A DNA stretch of 64,000 bases. Source: Lama guanicoe. Taxonomy: Eukaryota. The stretch's first letter is position 1. Each line of letters opens with the position of its first letter. A program made the position numbers and the translations under genes. The stretch spans positions 3,874,123 through 3,938,122 of the forward strand of contig MU053557.1 in the NCBI GenBank assembly GCA_013239625.1, in the 5' to 3' direction. Shown here piece after piece: positions 37,301 through 51,289 of the stretch. The notes under the pieces are model-generated. The model was not told the origin of the DNA. It was given only the letters and a program-made list of their open reading frames with translations, and did no database searches.

Positions 37301-38344
37301 AATGGGTCTAGTATGAATCTAACTTTCCTACACTGCTCAGCGTGCGTCGTTTCTTCTCACTGTGCTTCACCCAGCTGTTGGCAATCCCTCACCTGGAATG
37401 CTAAACTCCTGTGAAGGTATTGTTCGTGCGCAGTTCGTTATTCAAATTGATGTTTCTTGGCTGGAGGTGTTGGATGGGTGGAGGGAAGCAGAAGTTTCTA
37501 CGCTGTCATTTTGATGAAATACTGTGCGCCGAATCCTCTATCCGGGCTATGCCTCGCTGTTACTGGGAAAATGTCAGTTAAAGTCTCTATTCCCAGCATT
37601 TCTGCGTTGATTCCTTGCAGTTCTTGAGGGATTAATGAGGTCAAGAATAATAGGCCTTCCAAATGTGTCAGATAAGGATGCAGAATCGGAGATGGGGGGG
37701 CGGAAGTTAATCTGCTGAAGGTGGGACTCTTTAAAGACAATTCTTGGATCTCCCGTCATTTGTCCACTAGGGGATGGCCGAGTGTTGGTGATAGAGTTGG
37801 CTGTCCTCAAGTATTTCTATTTTATTGCCTCATTCTAATTAGCAGTCAGTGGACATGAAATGGCATCTCTATCATTAATGAACAAATTTACTTTTTCCTT
37901 TTTTGTTATTTTTCAATTTCTCTGGTGAACAGTTTTACTGGACCATGTGTTGTTAATCCTTTGAGTTACCAGAAGATGTCGAAATAGTGAAATTAATCAC
38001 TGGAATGGATTTTTTGTCGACTTTGTGATCCCTGAATTTGTAATTTTTTTATAATTCCTGACTCTAATGACCTTTTTCATCCCAGGATGTTTCTGTCTTC
38101 CTCATTACTTAGATTATTAGCCTTTTTTAAGTTGAAAAGACTACTGCATTTAGAGGGTAGAGATGAGGCTACTCTTTCAATTTCTGTAATGAAGCAATTT
38201 GCCTGACTCATCTTGCATTTCAAGACTTTATTTTCTTAGTTTGTAAACCAGAATAACTATACTGAATGATCTTTCTCAGCTCAGTTAAACCCTGATGATT
38301 TGATCTGTTGGTTACAAACTGCGTCATACAGTATCAGGAGTAAA

Positions 38345-39890
38345 TTCTTTTTTTTTTTTTTGCTACTGAGTTGTAGGAGTCCCTATACATATAGTGGATA
38401 TTAACCCCTTATCAGATATATGATTTGCAAATATTTTCTCCCATTCCATAGGCTGCCTTTTTATTTTTTGATGGTTTCCTTTGCTGTGCAGAAACTTTGT
38501 AGTTTGATGTAGTCCCACTTATTTCTGCTTTTGTTGCCTTTGCTTTTGAGGTCAGATCCAAAAATGACTGTAAGACCAACATCAAGGATCTTAAATCTGT
38601 GTTTTCTTCTAGAATTTTTATGGCTTCAGATCTTTTATGTTAATCCATTTTGAGTTCATTCTTGGGTAAAGTATAAGATAGGTGTTCAATTCCATTCTTT
38701 TATATAAAGCTGTCCACTTTTCCTGACCCTATTTTTTAAAGGGAGACTGTTTGTTCCTCATTGTATATTCTTAGCTCCTTTGTCTAAATTAATTGACCAT
38801 ATATGCATGGGTTTATTTCTGGCCTCTCTATTCTTTTTCATTAGTCTATGTGTCTGTTTTATTCCCGTATCATACTGTTTTGATTACTATAGCTTTGCAA
38901 TACATTTTGAAATCCAAAAGTGTGATGCTTCCAGTTTTGTTCTTCCTCAAGATTGCTTTGGCTATTTGGGGTTTTTTTGTGGTAGCATATTAATTTTAGG
39001 ATATTTGTTCTATTTCTGTGAAAGATGCCATTGGAATTTTGATAGGAATTGGATTGAATATGTGGAATATTTATTGCTTTGGGAGTATGGACATTTTAAC
39101 AATATTAATCTTTCCAGTCCATAAACACAAAATATCTTTCCATTTCTTTGTGTCTTCAACTTTTTCATCAATGTCTTACTGACTTTTGTTTGTTTTTTGG
39201 TGGGGGAGGCAATTTGTTTATTTGTTTGTTTATTTAATGGAGGTACTGGGGATTGAACTCAGGACCTTGTGCATGCTAAGCATGCACTCTACCACTGAGC
39301 TGCAACCTTCCCCAATGTCTTATTGTTTTTAATGTAGAAATGTTTCACCTCCTTGGGTAAATTTATTCCTAGATATTACTTTTGATGTAATTGTAAATGG
39401 GATTGTTTTCTTAATTTCTCTTTCTGATAGTTTGTTGTTAGTATATAGAAATGCAACTGATTTTTGCATATTCATAGTGTATCCTGTAACTTTACTGAAT
39501 TCATTTATTAGATCTAACAGTTTTGGTGGAGTCGTTAAGTCTTTCTATATACAAAAACATGCCATCTGCAAATAGAAATAGTTTTACTTCTTTCTAATTT
39601 GGATGATTTTTATTTCTTTTTCTTGCCTAATTGCTCTGCCTAGAACTTCCAGTACTATATTGAGTTCAAGTAGTGAAAATGGGCAACTTTGTCTACTTAT
39701 GAACCTTAGAGAAAAAAACTTACGGCTTTCAATATTGAGTATGATGTTAGCTGTGGGCTTGTCATATATGGCCTTTGTTATGTTGACATAAGTAATAAAG
39801 TACTTCAGTACTCAGTTTGTTGTGAGTTTTAATCATGAACGGATGTTGAATTTTGTCATATGCTTTTTCTGTGTCTATTGAGATGGCTGT
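38345..39890 (-). mobile_element. L1 ORF2 fragment with a nested SINE at about 39200-39315
   Basis: Continuous antisense L1 ORF2 sequence interrupted by a Vic-1-like core. Confidence 0.85.
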
Positions 39891-40729
39891 CTAATTTTTC
39901 ATCTCCTCAGTTTGGATTTGTCTGGAGTTTTCCCCATTACATAGGGTTTTAAGTTTTTGTGAGGCTAGAACACTATCTTTCTGTCTCTCTGTTAATATAT
40001 ATATAAACTTGAATGTCTGTTGATATCTCAGTCTCTTATCCACTACCATAGGATGGTGGATTTTTCTAACTTTCTCTCCTTGCAATATACGCAACTTTCC
40101 AGTTTATCTGGGAAGAGACATAAGCCAGAAACCTGGCTCCCATCAGCTGTTATTCATTTCCTTATTTGTTAAATCCCAGTATTTATACATTGGTTTTAGA
40201 ATTGTTAAAATCAAAATTAATACTGTATTGTAGTTCTTATAACATCTACAAGTAAAATTTATGATGTGAGTACAAAGAATGGCGAGGGTAGGGGGAATAA
40301 AAATACACTATTTAAAGTTCTCACTTTATACTTAAGTCCTTTAAATTTCTGTATAAATTTTAGAATCCATTATAAACACTCAAGAAAAGAAATGACTGAG
40401 ATTTTTGATTGGGATTGAATACAGTCTGTATATCCATTTGGAGAGAATTGATATCTTCACAATATTGTCTTCCAGTGATGAATCTGGAATATCCCTCACC
40501 TTGTTTAGGTTTCCTTTAGTTTTGTTTAAAACCATTTTATGGTTTTTGCTAGGGAAGTATTTCCTATATTTTGAGGAACTTATTCCTAAATATTTTTGTT
40601 TATTGTGTTGTTGAATATGGTTTCATATTAGATTTTTATATTTATATATTAGTTTTATCTATAGAGATAAACTGAATTTTCTCTATATATTGACCTTACA
40701 TACACTAACTTGATAAGTTTATACATCGG

Positions 40730-43060
40730 TTGAATACTTACAGAAGCAGGCATCAAGACAGAGATTAAAAGTGCCAAGAGATTAATTGATAGACAGCCTT
40801 AAAATGTAAGTGGAGAAGGAGTATAAGTAGTTCGGGAAAGCAATTATTCTATGATGCACATCTGACATTTGTGAAAGGAGACAGCAAAGGCAGAAATAAA
40901 GTAAGAGACCCTCAGACTTTAGTGAATCTCTGAGAAAGCCTCAGTGACCCATGGAAGAGCACTGTTTCAACTTAAGCTATGTGGCAGATCTGGAAGTCAT
41001 TGAATCTGGTGACCACCAATATGTGCACTGCTCATAGCTGATCTCCCTTGAAGGGAGATCCAAATGATGTACCACTTGGGCTGCCATGATTCCCTGTTTC
41101 TGCTACTCTGTCTACGTCTTCATATATTTGGGGAGCAACTGCTCCAGTGTCCAGTGGGCCTGTTTTCCTGAGGGTAAACTGAGAAGAGGGAAGTCAGTAA
41201 GATAAACTCTGGTCACTGTTACTGCAGTTAGTCTTGGAACCACAACTGGTAATCAGTATCACTCTTTTGCACAGTCCATATCAATTCCACTTATCTCAGC
41301 TATGCTGGTCTCAGTGGCTTATTTGCTGGTGTTAAGTCAAGCCATCATTCCTGAGATATTTGAGCCCCTGGTAACCATAACTTTTCCAGGCTGGGTTTAC
41401 TGCATGTACCATTTATAGTCACAATTGGGAAAGGTAGTAGCAAGTGACATCCATATGAATTAATTGTTATACACATATTTCTTCTTGTAAATGTACATCT
41501 CTTCCTGTTGATTAGGGTCAATCACTCCTACCAAGATAAATGACTCTTCTTATCAATTACTATCCCTGGAAGTCTGTTGTTTCAAGTGGTAGTTTTAGTT
41601 TGTTTTTCAATGGGACTCCTGCAAGAACGTGCTTTATTTGGAGACCAGTACCTCTAGCCAGCACAGTGCCCGAAGTTACACAGACAGGAAGTACAAAGTT
41701 CCCAGTGGCATATTAGGAGAGATGATTTGTGGGACCACTCCTATCGGAAGATTGATGTGATCTTATTGGGGATGCAATAATATATAGTTGTCTCTAATTC
41801 AGTATATACTGTATTCTGAAGGATCCATACCTGATCCTTGCAGAGAATTGTCTCTGATCTGGTGCTTAGGCTATGCCTTCAACAGGTCATTCCGATACTC
41901 TAGAAGGCCAGTAGCTTCTGGTTGGTGTTCTATGTGTTACAACAATTGTATCCCATAGTCATGAGCCCATTCCTGTGACATATTTGCTGTGAATGTGGGT
42001 GGATGACATGTTATGTAGGATCCCATGCTTCTGAATCTGGTACCCTGTAAGCTCCTTGATAGTGTGTTGGATGAGACTTTGCAAGCTGGAATTACAAACG
42101 CAAACCTGAAATAAGTGTGTGTTCCTATGAGAATGAACTATTAGCCTCCCAAGAGTGGGAGAATGGAAGGAACTTAATGTGGTCAGGTTGTCACCACGTT
42201 GATAATTGGTTGATAACTGGACCTGAATATACCTATTCAGGACACATTATTGATCTTTGTTGCTGGCCAATTGAATGTTCAGAGATAGGAATCACTAGAT
42301 AGTCCTAGATAAATGAGGTTCATATGCTGGCCCCATGCGTAGCCTCCATCTCTGCTACAGTAGCCACTTTATTCATGATCCCATTGTATTTGTACTGCTG
42401 TGTCTGAAGGCAAAGCAAACATCAAATGTATAAGTCATTCTGCCATCGTGGTTATTCAGTGCCCTTTTCATGATAGATGCTTTCTGTTTATAGTGTTAAT
42501 ATGTGATATAAAGATCTTCTTACTCATGTATGTGCCAATATGTCCATCCACATGTCTCTACTACAGCCTTTCCTTTCTTTTCCTATATATATATATAAAA
42601 TTTATATATATATAATATATATATACATATATATATAATTTATTTATATATTTTCCCCTCACCACAGGCTTCTACACAAGGTTATAAAATTTATATATAT
42701 ATATAATATATATATACATATATATATATATAATTTATCTATTTTCCCCTCACCACAGGCTTCTACACAAGGTTGATGGTAGACTCTGTCCATTGTGTGG
42801 TTATAACGCAGCTGTCTCTTACTTCCAGCTTGCGCTGACATACCAACCCACCTGTTTAATAAACCAAGGTCAAGTTTTTCATACTTTCTTCAGGTAATTT
42901 ATAGGACCCACCCCTGTGGTGATGTGTATGAGCTGACTCATACAGAATCTAAGGGAAATTAATAAAATTGTAAGATCTGTCTTCCCCTTTGTTTCTAATC
43001 CTGCCACCAAACTGATCTTAGATAGCACCCTTACACAGAAATGAAACTCTAATCCGTATT
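40730..43060 (-). mobile_element. Decayed ERVL-type element (LTR plus pol/integrase remnant)
   Basis: Minus strand about 41860-41976 reads QEWAHDYGIQLL*HIEHQPEATGLLEYRNDLLK, similar to the ERVL integrase motif WAH.HGI.W.YH.P.HPEAAGLIE.WNGLLK. Confidence 0.7.
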
Positions 43061-43709
43061 TTTTGATGACTGGTGTAGCCAAGTAGTCAATATTTTTTAA
43101 TTAGTTTTTAACTGGAAGAGGCAATATACATCTGGATTGATTTGTCCTAGGGGTCAAACACTCTTTTATTTTTCTAAGTGTTACAAAACAATTTACAGGT
43201 TTTTGTTTCCCCAAGTGGATCCCCTCTAAATTCAGTATCAAGAATGTTTGTTTTTGTTTGTTTGTTTGTTTTTAACTCCTGCAAATAGAATATTATACTG
43301 ACACAAAGATTCTTTTGGATGTACTTGTTTAAAAGAGTCAAAAGTGTATAGAGAAAAAAATCAATTATGCAGAAAATGATCATTATTTGGACCATGATAT
43401 GTTTTATAAAACATGGTTATTTTTATCACACATGGTAAAATAATTCAAAATTTCCCCAATCACTCACTCATATCAGGAACTGTAAGATAATGCAGAGTTT
43501 TAAACATTCCTGTTGTATAAAATTTAAAGTATTTGCAGAAGAAAGAATCAGATGCTGTAACTTTAGTTGAGAAAACTAATGGGGCATATACTGATTTAAA
43601 ATTAATCATAGTTCAAGCTACCTCAATAGGAGTTTCGAATTATTAAAACAATTTTAGATAGAAAGTATGGTATGGGTTTGGAAGTGGACAAATAAAAACA
43701 CAGGATATA

Positions 43710-45020
43710 ATTCAATTAACTCTAAATGGATTAAAGATTTGCACATAAGACCTGAAACCATAAAACTCCTAGAAGTAAATATAGGCAGTAAGTCTTGGTG
43801 GTGATTTTTTGGATTTGACCTCAAGAGCAAAGGCAACAAAAGCAAAAATAAGTAAGTGGAATTACATCAAACTAAACAGTTTCTGCAAGCAAAGGAAACC
43901 ATCAACAAATGCAAAGGCAGCCTATGGAATGGGAGAGAATATTTGCAAATTATGTATCTGATAAGCAGTTAATATCTAATATTTATAAGTACAAGGACTC
44001 ATACAACTCAGTAACAAAAAAAAATCCAATTAAAACATGGGAAGAGGATCTGAATAGGCATTTTTCCGAAGAAGACATGAAAATGGCCAGTGGGTACCTA
44101 CAAAGGTATTCAACATCAGTAATCATCAGGGAAATGCAAATCAAAACCGCAATGAGATATTACCTCAGACTTATTAGAATGGCTATCAATAACAAGGCAA
44201 AAAATAACAAGTATTGGTGAGGATGTAGAGAAAAGGGAACCCTTGTGCACAGTTGGTGGGAATGTAAATAGGCACAGCCACCATGGAAAACGGTATAGAA
44301 GTTCTTAAAAAAGGTAAAAATGGAACCAGCATATGATCCAGTAATCCCACTTCTGGATCTATATCCAAAGGAAATGGTATCAATATCTTGAAGAGATACC
44401 TGCACTGCTTTGTGCATTGCAGCATTATTTACAATATGCAAGATCTGGAAACAACTGAAATGTCCATCTATTGACGAATGGATAAAGAAGATGTGATATA
44501 TATAAGTGGAATATTATTTAGCTTCAAAAAGAATGGAATCCCTGGTATGATACAATGTGGATGGACTATGATGGTATTATGCTAAGCAAAATAAATCAGA
44601 CACAGAATGACAAATACCTTATGAGCTCACTTAAATGTGGAATCTAAAAACAGGAGCAAAAACACAAAACTGAGCTCATAAATAAACAGAACAGATTGGT
44701 GGTTGCCAGAGGCAGGGGTTGGGGGAGAAAATGGTTGAAGGGGGTCAAAAGATACAAACTTTGAGTTAAAAATAAATAAATGGGATGTAAGGTATAGCAT
44801 GGTAACTGTAGTTAATAATGCCAAATGGCATATTTGAAAGCTACTCAAAGAGTAGATCTTAAACTTTCTCATCATGAGAAAATAAAATTTGTGACTATGT
44901 ATGATGACTGATGTTAACTAGACTCATTGTGATCATTTTGCAATATTTACATATATTGAATCGTTGTGCTGTACATCTGGAACTAAAACAATATGTTAAT
45001 CATTCCTTAATTAAAAAATA
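43710..45020 (+). mobile_element. L1 3' fragment
   Basis: ORF2-like QPMEWERIFANYVSDKQLIS and an L1 3'UTR. Confidence 0.85.
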
Positions 45021-48000
45021 GGACATAATATTACCCTGTTGACAATTAGCAGGGTACTCAATGAAGCAGCTTTAGAACTCCTAATTTGTTGCATAGTTTT
45101 TCTGTCAGCAGATAAGTAAACCCACTGATTTTATTCTGTAATCTCTGATTTTATATGTCCCACTTTCTATTGGAACGCTGGTTGTAAAATAGAATATTTA
45201 TCAACTGAAATATTAACTCATTATGAAATCATTCTTCTGATGAAAGCTCACAGATCTATGTATTTATATAGTTGTAAAGCATCTTCAAGCCTGCCAACTT
45301 CTCCCTTCTCCCTAACAAAGGGATTTGTGTGAGAGAAAATAAACACTTTTCTGTGCTCTAATGCACTTGACTAATATAAACTTAAAGAATCTCAACCTCT
45401 TTGTTTTACTAGTGGTTCTTGTGCCAAAAAATCTAAGGGAGGTTTGCCCTCTGAATATGCACTGATTCTCATTCCATATTCCTTTTTAAAAATCTTTTTC
45501 CTCTCCTGTTAGTTCTACTCGAGTGGTATACTAATAAATGCCATCTGTGAGAGGGTATCAGTGCTCAAATAGTGCGAGATATGTAATTGTACCTTGCAGT
45601 TTTAGTACTCCCTCCAAATATCTTCAGGAACACCATAAACCTTCTAAATGCTATGTTGCCCTATCAGGACACTATGCAAAAATGGGCATATATCCTAAGG
45701 CTCCCAGAAACACCCTGGCAGATCACTGTGTGTCCTTCGTATGATCTTCCCCCTTTTAATGTTCTGCCCACTGTCTTCTTTCTTGGATGAAATGCTCCTT
45801 ATCTCTGCCCTCTGGGACTTTGCTTTCCCTTTCCTCTGCCGCCTCCTGGTGTGGAATTTGCTTTGATGGAGTCAATGTGTTTCATCTTCCAGGATCACAC
45901 TGTGCCAACCCTTCTCACAAAAGGCACTTAATTAGTGCCTCCACTTGGAGGTGCCTTATCTCTCTATGTTCACCTTCTTCTGAGGTGGTCCTTGATGACT
46001 TATCACTTTCCAGTCTTTCAAAAGTTGTGCTTTGCTGATAAGACAGAGCAGAGGACATGTGGTTTATGAGGCAGTAAGTCAACCCACAGTCCATAAGGAA
46101 TGATTCTGTGTACTTAGGAAGATCACACCTTAAAAAGTGAACACAAATTCCTTGTTCCAGTTTGTCTTCCAGAAAGTAGGGGAGAAACTTTTGTTGACAT
46201 CTTAATTTCTATCAATTCTAAATCAGTGCTTTATTTTTCTTGAGCATTTGTGGGGGTGGAGCAAGAGAAGAATAAAGGAGCTAAATTGACAGCTTCATTG
46301 AAGGCTTCTCAAAGAAGCTGGCCAAAAAATAAAATAAAATCCAGGCTTCTCTCTGTAGGGAATATGTCTGTGAAATGCATGAAAAGGATCCATGTATTTT
46401 ATCCAAACAGCAGGTGCCTCTGTTTCTTTCCAGAAATGGTTTCATGTTGTAAAGCTGAGCTCTTTGATCTCCTCCGTTCTGTTTATCCTTCACTCTGACT
46501 TATGGCAAACCAACTTCAGTTCTGGTGTGTACAAGAAGGGCTCTATGTCAGAAAAAACCTCCACGAGAACTCTAGTGACCCTAGGGACAAACAACCTGTT
46601 CTAAACACCATAGTTTTCCGTGGTTGTTAGAAGAAATTGAATGTGTGATAGCGTAAAGGGAAAGCGACTTGAAGGGGAGAAGTTATGAATTTTTTTCCTG
46701 TTTCATATGTTCAGAATGTTTATGTCTTGAATAAGTAATTTCTCCAACCTGCACATGAATTGAAATAAATGCGTTAATTTAACAATACTTTGAAAGACTA
46801 TTATGCATTTAACCCTATTCAAGGTGCGTTTAATCTATATTTAAACAATGATCCCTGTCTTCGTAAAACTAACCTGTTAGTAGAAGAAACACACGGTAGC
46901 TAAAGACCTAATAAAGAAGTAAATTTTATAGGATACTAGAAATTAACGATTGGTTTTTTAAAAACATAGGTTGGCTAAATGGGAATTGGGAGTGTTGGGA
47001 TAGGCATATGGGTATGTAGTAAAAAATAAAGTAGTCAGGACAACCTTATGAGGAACTGGCATTTGAGCAAAGACCTTATGGAGGTAGATTTAGCCAAATG
47101 TTTATCTGCTAGAAGAGTATTCTAAGCAAAGGGAAGAGCTAGAGTACAAGCCCTTAGGCTGGGATGGGTCGCTTGGCATGACTGAGGTACAGCAAAGCAG
47201 CTGGCATCCCTAGCATGGATGAAGCGGAATGAATAGGGGTGAGAATAGTAATAGAAGTTAAATGGCAGGGAGGGTCACATCATGTAGATGACTGTAGGCT
47301 GTTTCAGAACATCAGCTCTTACTACTTCTGAAATAGAAAATTATGGCCGGTAGTCTCCACTTATAAACTGGTAAAAGTGAGTCATATCTTTCAGTGTCCC
47401 TTGGTAGATTCGTATGCTTTTTGTTGTGGTTTATGTCCTTACTCTCATGCAATTACCAAATGCCTCCTCATCTCGGTTTCTTGACCCCATGCTCATTACA
47501 TGCAGGCTAATACCTTAAAGAGAAAAGTCACATAGGATACTGGACTTATTTCAGTGTATTCCTCCTTTATCTGAGATCTTGGTCTCCCAAGTCCTGGCTT
47601 CGCTGATAATTCTTTGGTGCTTTCAGAAATTACATATGTATATAAATACATAATATACATGTATGTATATATAGTGTGTGTTGTATATATATCATTTTAT
47701 ATAATATATAAAGTATAAATATTTATATAATAAATTATATATTTTTAATCTAGTCATTCTAGTTATTTTCAAAGAAAGAATTGTTTTGATACAAGGTGAT
47801 GTGTTACAGCTGAAGGCAAAGGTTTCTCTAAAGAAAGTGGAGGGTCTACTTAGATTTGCTCATTATGCTGACTGCTGATGCTTTGTTATGAACGTGCAAT
47901 CACATGATTCGTCCGGCCATCCCATGTGTCTGACATATTTTATAGTTAAACATGAAGTTCTCAACTAAATCTTAAAAATACCTAATGGTTAGAAAATTCC

Positions 48001-49309
48001 TTATCTCTAGGAAAAGTGGGACTCAAGCACCTTTCATGTTTCATCTAATTGTAAGATTTAGTGGTTTCAAGGTTCTAAAATACTAATTGTACCAAGTTTT
48101 CTATTGAACTTCTGAAATTTATCCTTATTTGTTTAAGATATAAAATATTTGTCATTAAACGTTCTTTTGAATAAAAATGTTACATGATGTATATTTACTA
48201 TATTAGTTTCCATTCTTTAATGGAAACCAGGAAGATGTTTAACACATAATGGAATTTCATATGTGGAAGTGTATTCCAAATATACACCATCATAAGAATA
48301 ATCTGAATGCCTTTACATAATAGATTCCTGAGGTCACACCATTAAAATGGATTAAAATTTCCAGGACAGAGTTATTGGGTTACAATGGATTAACAAACCT
48401 ACTGCATAAATCTTATGATCAGGGAACTTCAGAACGTAGAATATGTGTATGATTGAATGAAATGCTGTATCCATATAGAAGCCCTGTGTGAGACAGCTGG
48501 TGTTTGGGAGATATTTACCAGGCAAGACTAATTGAAGTTGCTCTATGAATGTACACATAAATGAAAGAAAGTCATATATAGTAACTTTCTATTCATCCAT
48601 CCTATCCTTAAGTTACTGTAGGCAGTTCAAAAACAGTGTGACCAAATTATTTCAAGCACTTGTAGAAATTCTATCAATAAGCTATGCAGTATTTTTTGCT
48701 TTAGGTAGTAGATGCACAAGAACTAGTATTTGTCAATGTCTGCATTAAATCTCTTTTTTAAATTCACCATATATAATTAAATGCCTACTATATACCTGCC
48801 TTGGTGACAGACAGTAAGGATAGAATGATAAGCAAAATAGATAAGGTTATTTGCCTCAAGCAACTTGCACTCAATCAGTTAACACTATTCCAAAAAGTCA
48901 ATTTGAACTCATATTGTTTATTTGAACACTGTCTCTACCATAAAATAAATGTTTTCCTCATAAGCATACTTTTTGCCAGCTTGCGCCATTGGGATCTCTT
49001 TCATTTGGCCAGTGTCTCTTTGACATGCCACCATTCTTTTGTTATTTGAGGACTTCCTTGTTTTCTGGCAGTACAGCATGCCCTAGTCTCAACTTGTTTA
49101 TTCCTTGCCCCTCTTCTAAAATCAGCCATTTCTCTAGGACTTCTACTTCACTTAATTGGAGAATAGGATTAGAAACCAGGATCTAAGTGTTAGGTAGGCT
49201 CTCTGCTATGCGAATGTCATTGTTTCTAGGGTCTCTCAGCTAACAGAGCAGGGAAATATATGTACACATACTGTCTCCAATGGACAGACAAACAGAATCT
49301 GAGTCCACT

Positions 49310-50060
49310 TTTCTAAAGTTTACTACTTTCAAAGGATCCGCTCCAACCACCTGGAATCCTAATTAAGGTCACCAAGTCCCTTTTTGTTACCCCAACCCAA
49401 AGACATAACACGTGAACAGAAGACCTAAACATGTGAGAGAAAGTGCAGGTGTGAAGTCCTCTTTACACACAGAGGAAGGAGCTACGTACTCTCCCAATCC
49501 TCTGATAAGCCTGCAAGAATGTGTACTGCATTAATAGAAAACATACACTTTTGAATCTCAGTGTTTTCTTCAGGAGAAAAGGAACTATTATTTCTGGAAA
49601 GAATGCTATGCACCAGGGGCTACCTCCCTAGATTCCCCACATGACCTACCTCACACAGAGAAGGTGGAGAAGACAAAGGTGAACAGCTCAGGAGATTGAT
49701 TATCTTGTTTGATCTTTCTCCTGGTTCACATAGGTTCAACTGAGGAATTCTTTCATCTGTTGAGTGAGGCGCTTGATGGGGGTAAGACAGATGGCCCAGG
49801 GCAAAGTAGACACAGGACATTCAGTATTCTGCCTAAAGGCTCTAAAGTAGTTCAAGCAAAGTTGGAGACAATTTGAGAACAATTTGATCTAATAAACCCA
49901 GAAATATGGGGAGGGAGAAAGGTCATCAGAGTGCTTACAGATTCTAAGATGAGGAAGTTTTCCAAGGAAGTGGCCTAGAAAGGGGTGAGAGAATCAAAGC
50001 AAGAAAAAGAAGAGTCTGGGGAACTATAATTAGACACAGACATTACCCCTTGGGAATTTT
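49310..50060 (-). pseudogene. SPINK paralog relic: promoter and first non-coding exon only
   Basis: Similar to 53230-53960 and 59530-60190, and inverted relative to about 22090-22520. Donor GAG|GTAGGT intact at 49650; no signal exon found. Confidence 0.65.
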
Positions 50061-51289
50061 CTCTCCTAGGAGCACATCTGACTCAATTGAGTTATTCATT
50101 TTTTAAAAATTTTAACCTTTTATTATCAGATAATTATAGTTTTAAATGAGGTTTTAAATGTTTATAAATTTACCCTCTATAATAATACATTATAATTCCT
50201 ACATACAATCATGCTATTTCTAGTATCCAAACTATCTAGGAAATTGTTTTATTTTTATGTCATCTTAGAGCTATTTTCTTCAATTAGAATGTGTATACAT
50301 TAAGAGTCAAAATAAAATTGTTAGAACAAGTTAATAGATGCACAATTTCTGCCTTTTATACTTTCAAGTATTTGCACCTAAAAAAAATCTTCCTATTTTT
50401 TCCCAAGTCTTCTGTGTGAAGAAGTTATTACTGTCTGATTAAATTAATTCATAGGTATTTTGTCTTCTGCAAAATGATAACTCTGGAGTAAAAGGTAATT
50501 TACAAAATGTCATAACATAAAATCTACCTTATGAAATTTAGTATCACATGGAATATAGAGATGGAAAGAGAGAGGGAGGGAGGAAGAAGATGAAAGAGCT
50601 TGTTTCAAGTGGTAATGGATGAGCCCTTCACACCAAGCCTGCTACTTCAATTTAGAAATCCCCAAAATAAAGCTGGCTTGAAAATGGTGAACTGAATAAT
50701 CATTAAGTTCTCCTATCTAATACTCTGAAATCAATGATGTTTAGGAGAGTGTTTTAGAAATCGAAGACAGAGTCAAGTTTATGGAGGACAATAAAAGCAG
50801 AAAAATGGATCATGGAATTCCATGCAGGCAGGTAATGTTAATGATCTGGAAAATCAAAGAAGCCATAACCCTTAAAATTGAAGGCAGCCTTGTAATCATA
50901 TCTTCTAGCTGTATATAGGTGGAAGAATATGGCCACCAAATGGATCCTATCCATAGAGAAGTCAAAGACAGACATGCTTAGATCATCTCATGTGGGGAGA
51001 TATATACCAATATCTAAATTACAAAGTTGAATATTGTGCTTATTGGAAAATCAGATTCATTTATACTCTAGGTAATAGTTTGCCTTACTCTTCAAGTGGT
51101 CACAAGGCTATACTTGCCTTAAAGCAAATCACCTTATCAGATGAAAGATAAATTATCAAGTGCCATAAAGAAAATTCCTTAGGTTCTTCTGGCAAAAAGT
51201 TCAAATAATTAACAAGACAGGAGAACTAGTCTGGTTCAAATAGCTCAATAGGAACATGTAAAGCAAAATACATTTAGAAAGCCTTTATA

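Noticed and set aside
36019..37414. Cluster of overlapping ORFs in the GC-rich block
   Set aside because: Expected from stop-codon depletion at high GC; no recognisable protein features.
46434..46497. Acceptor followed by a hydrophobic stretch (VVKLSSLISSVLFILHS) resembling a signal exon
   Set aside because: No in-frame ATG, no GT donor, and no clear flanking homology to the other units.
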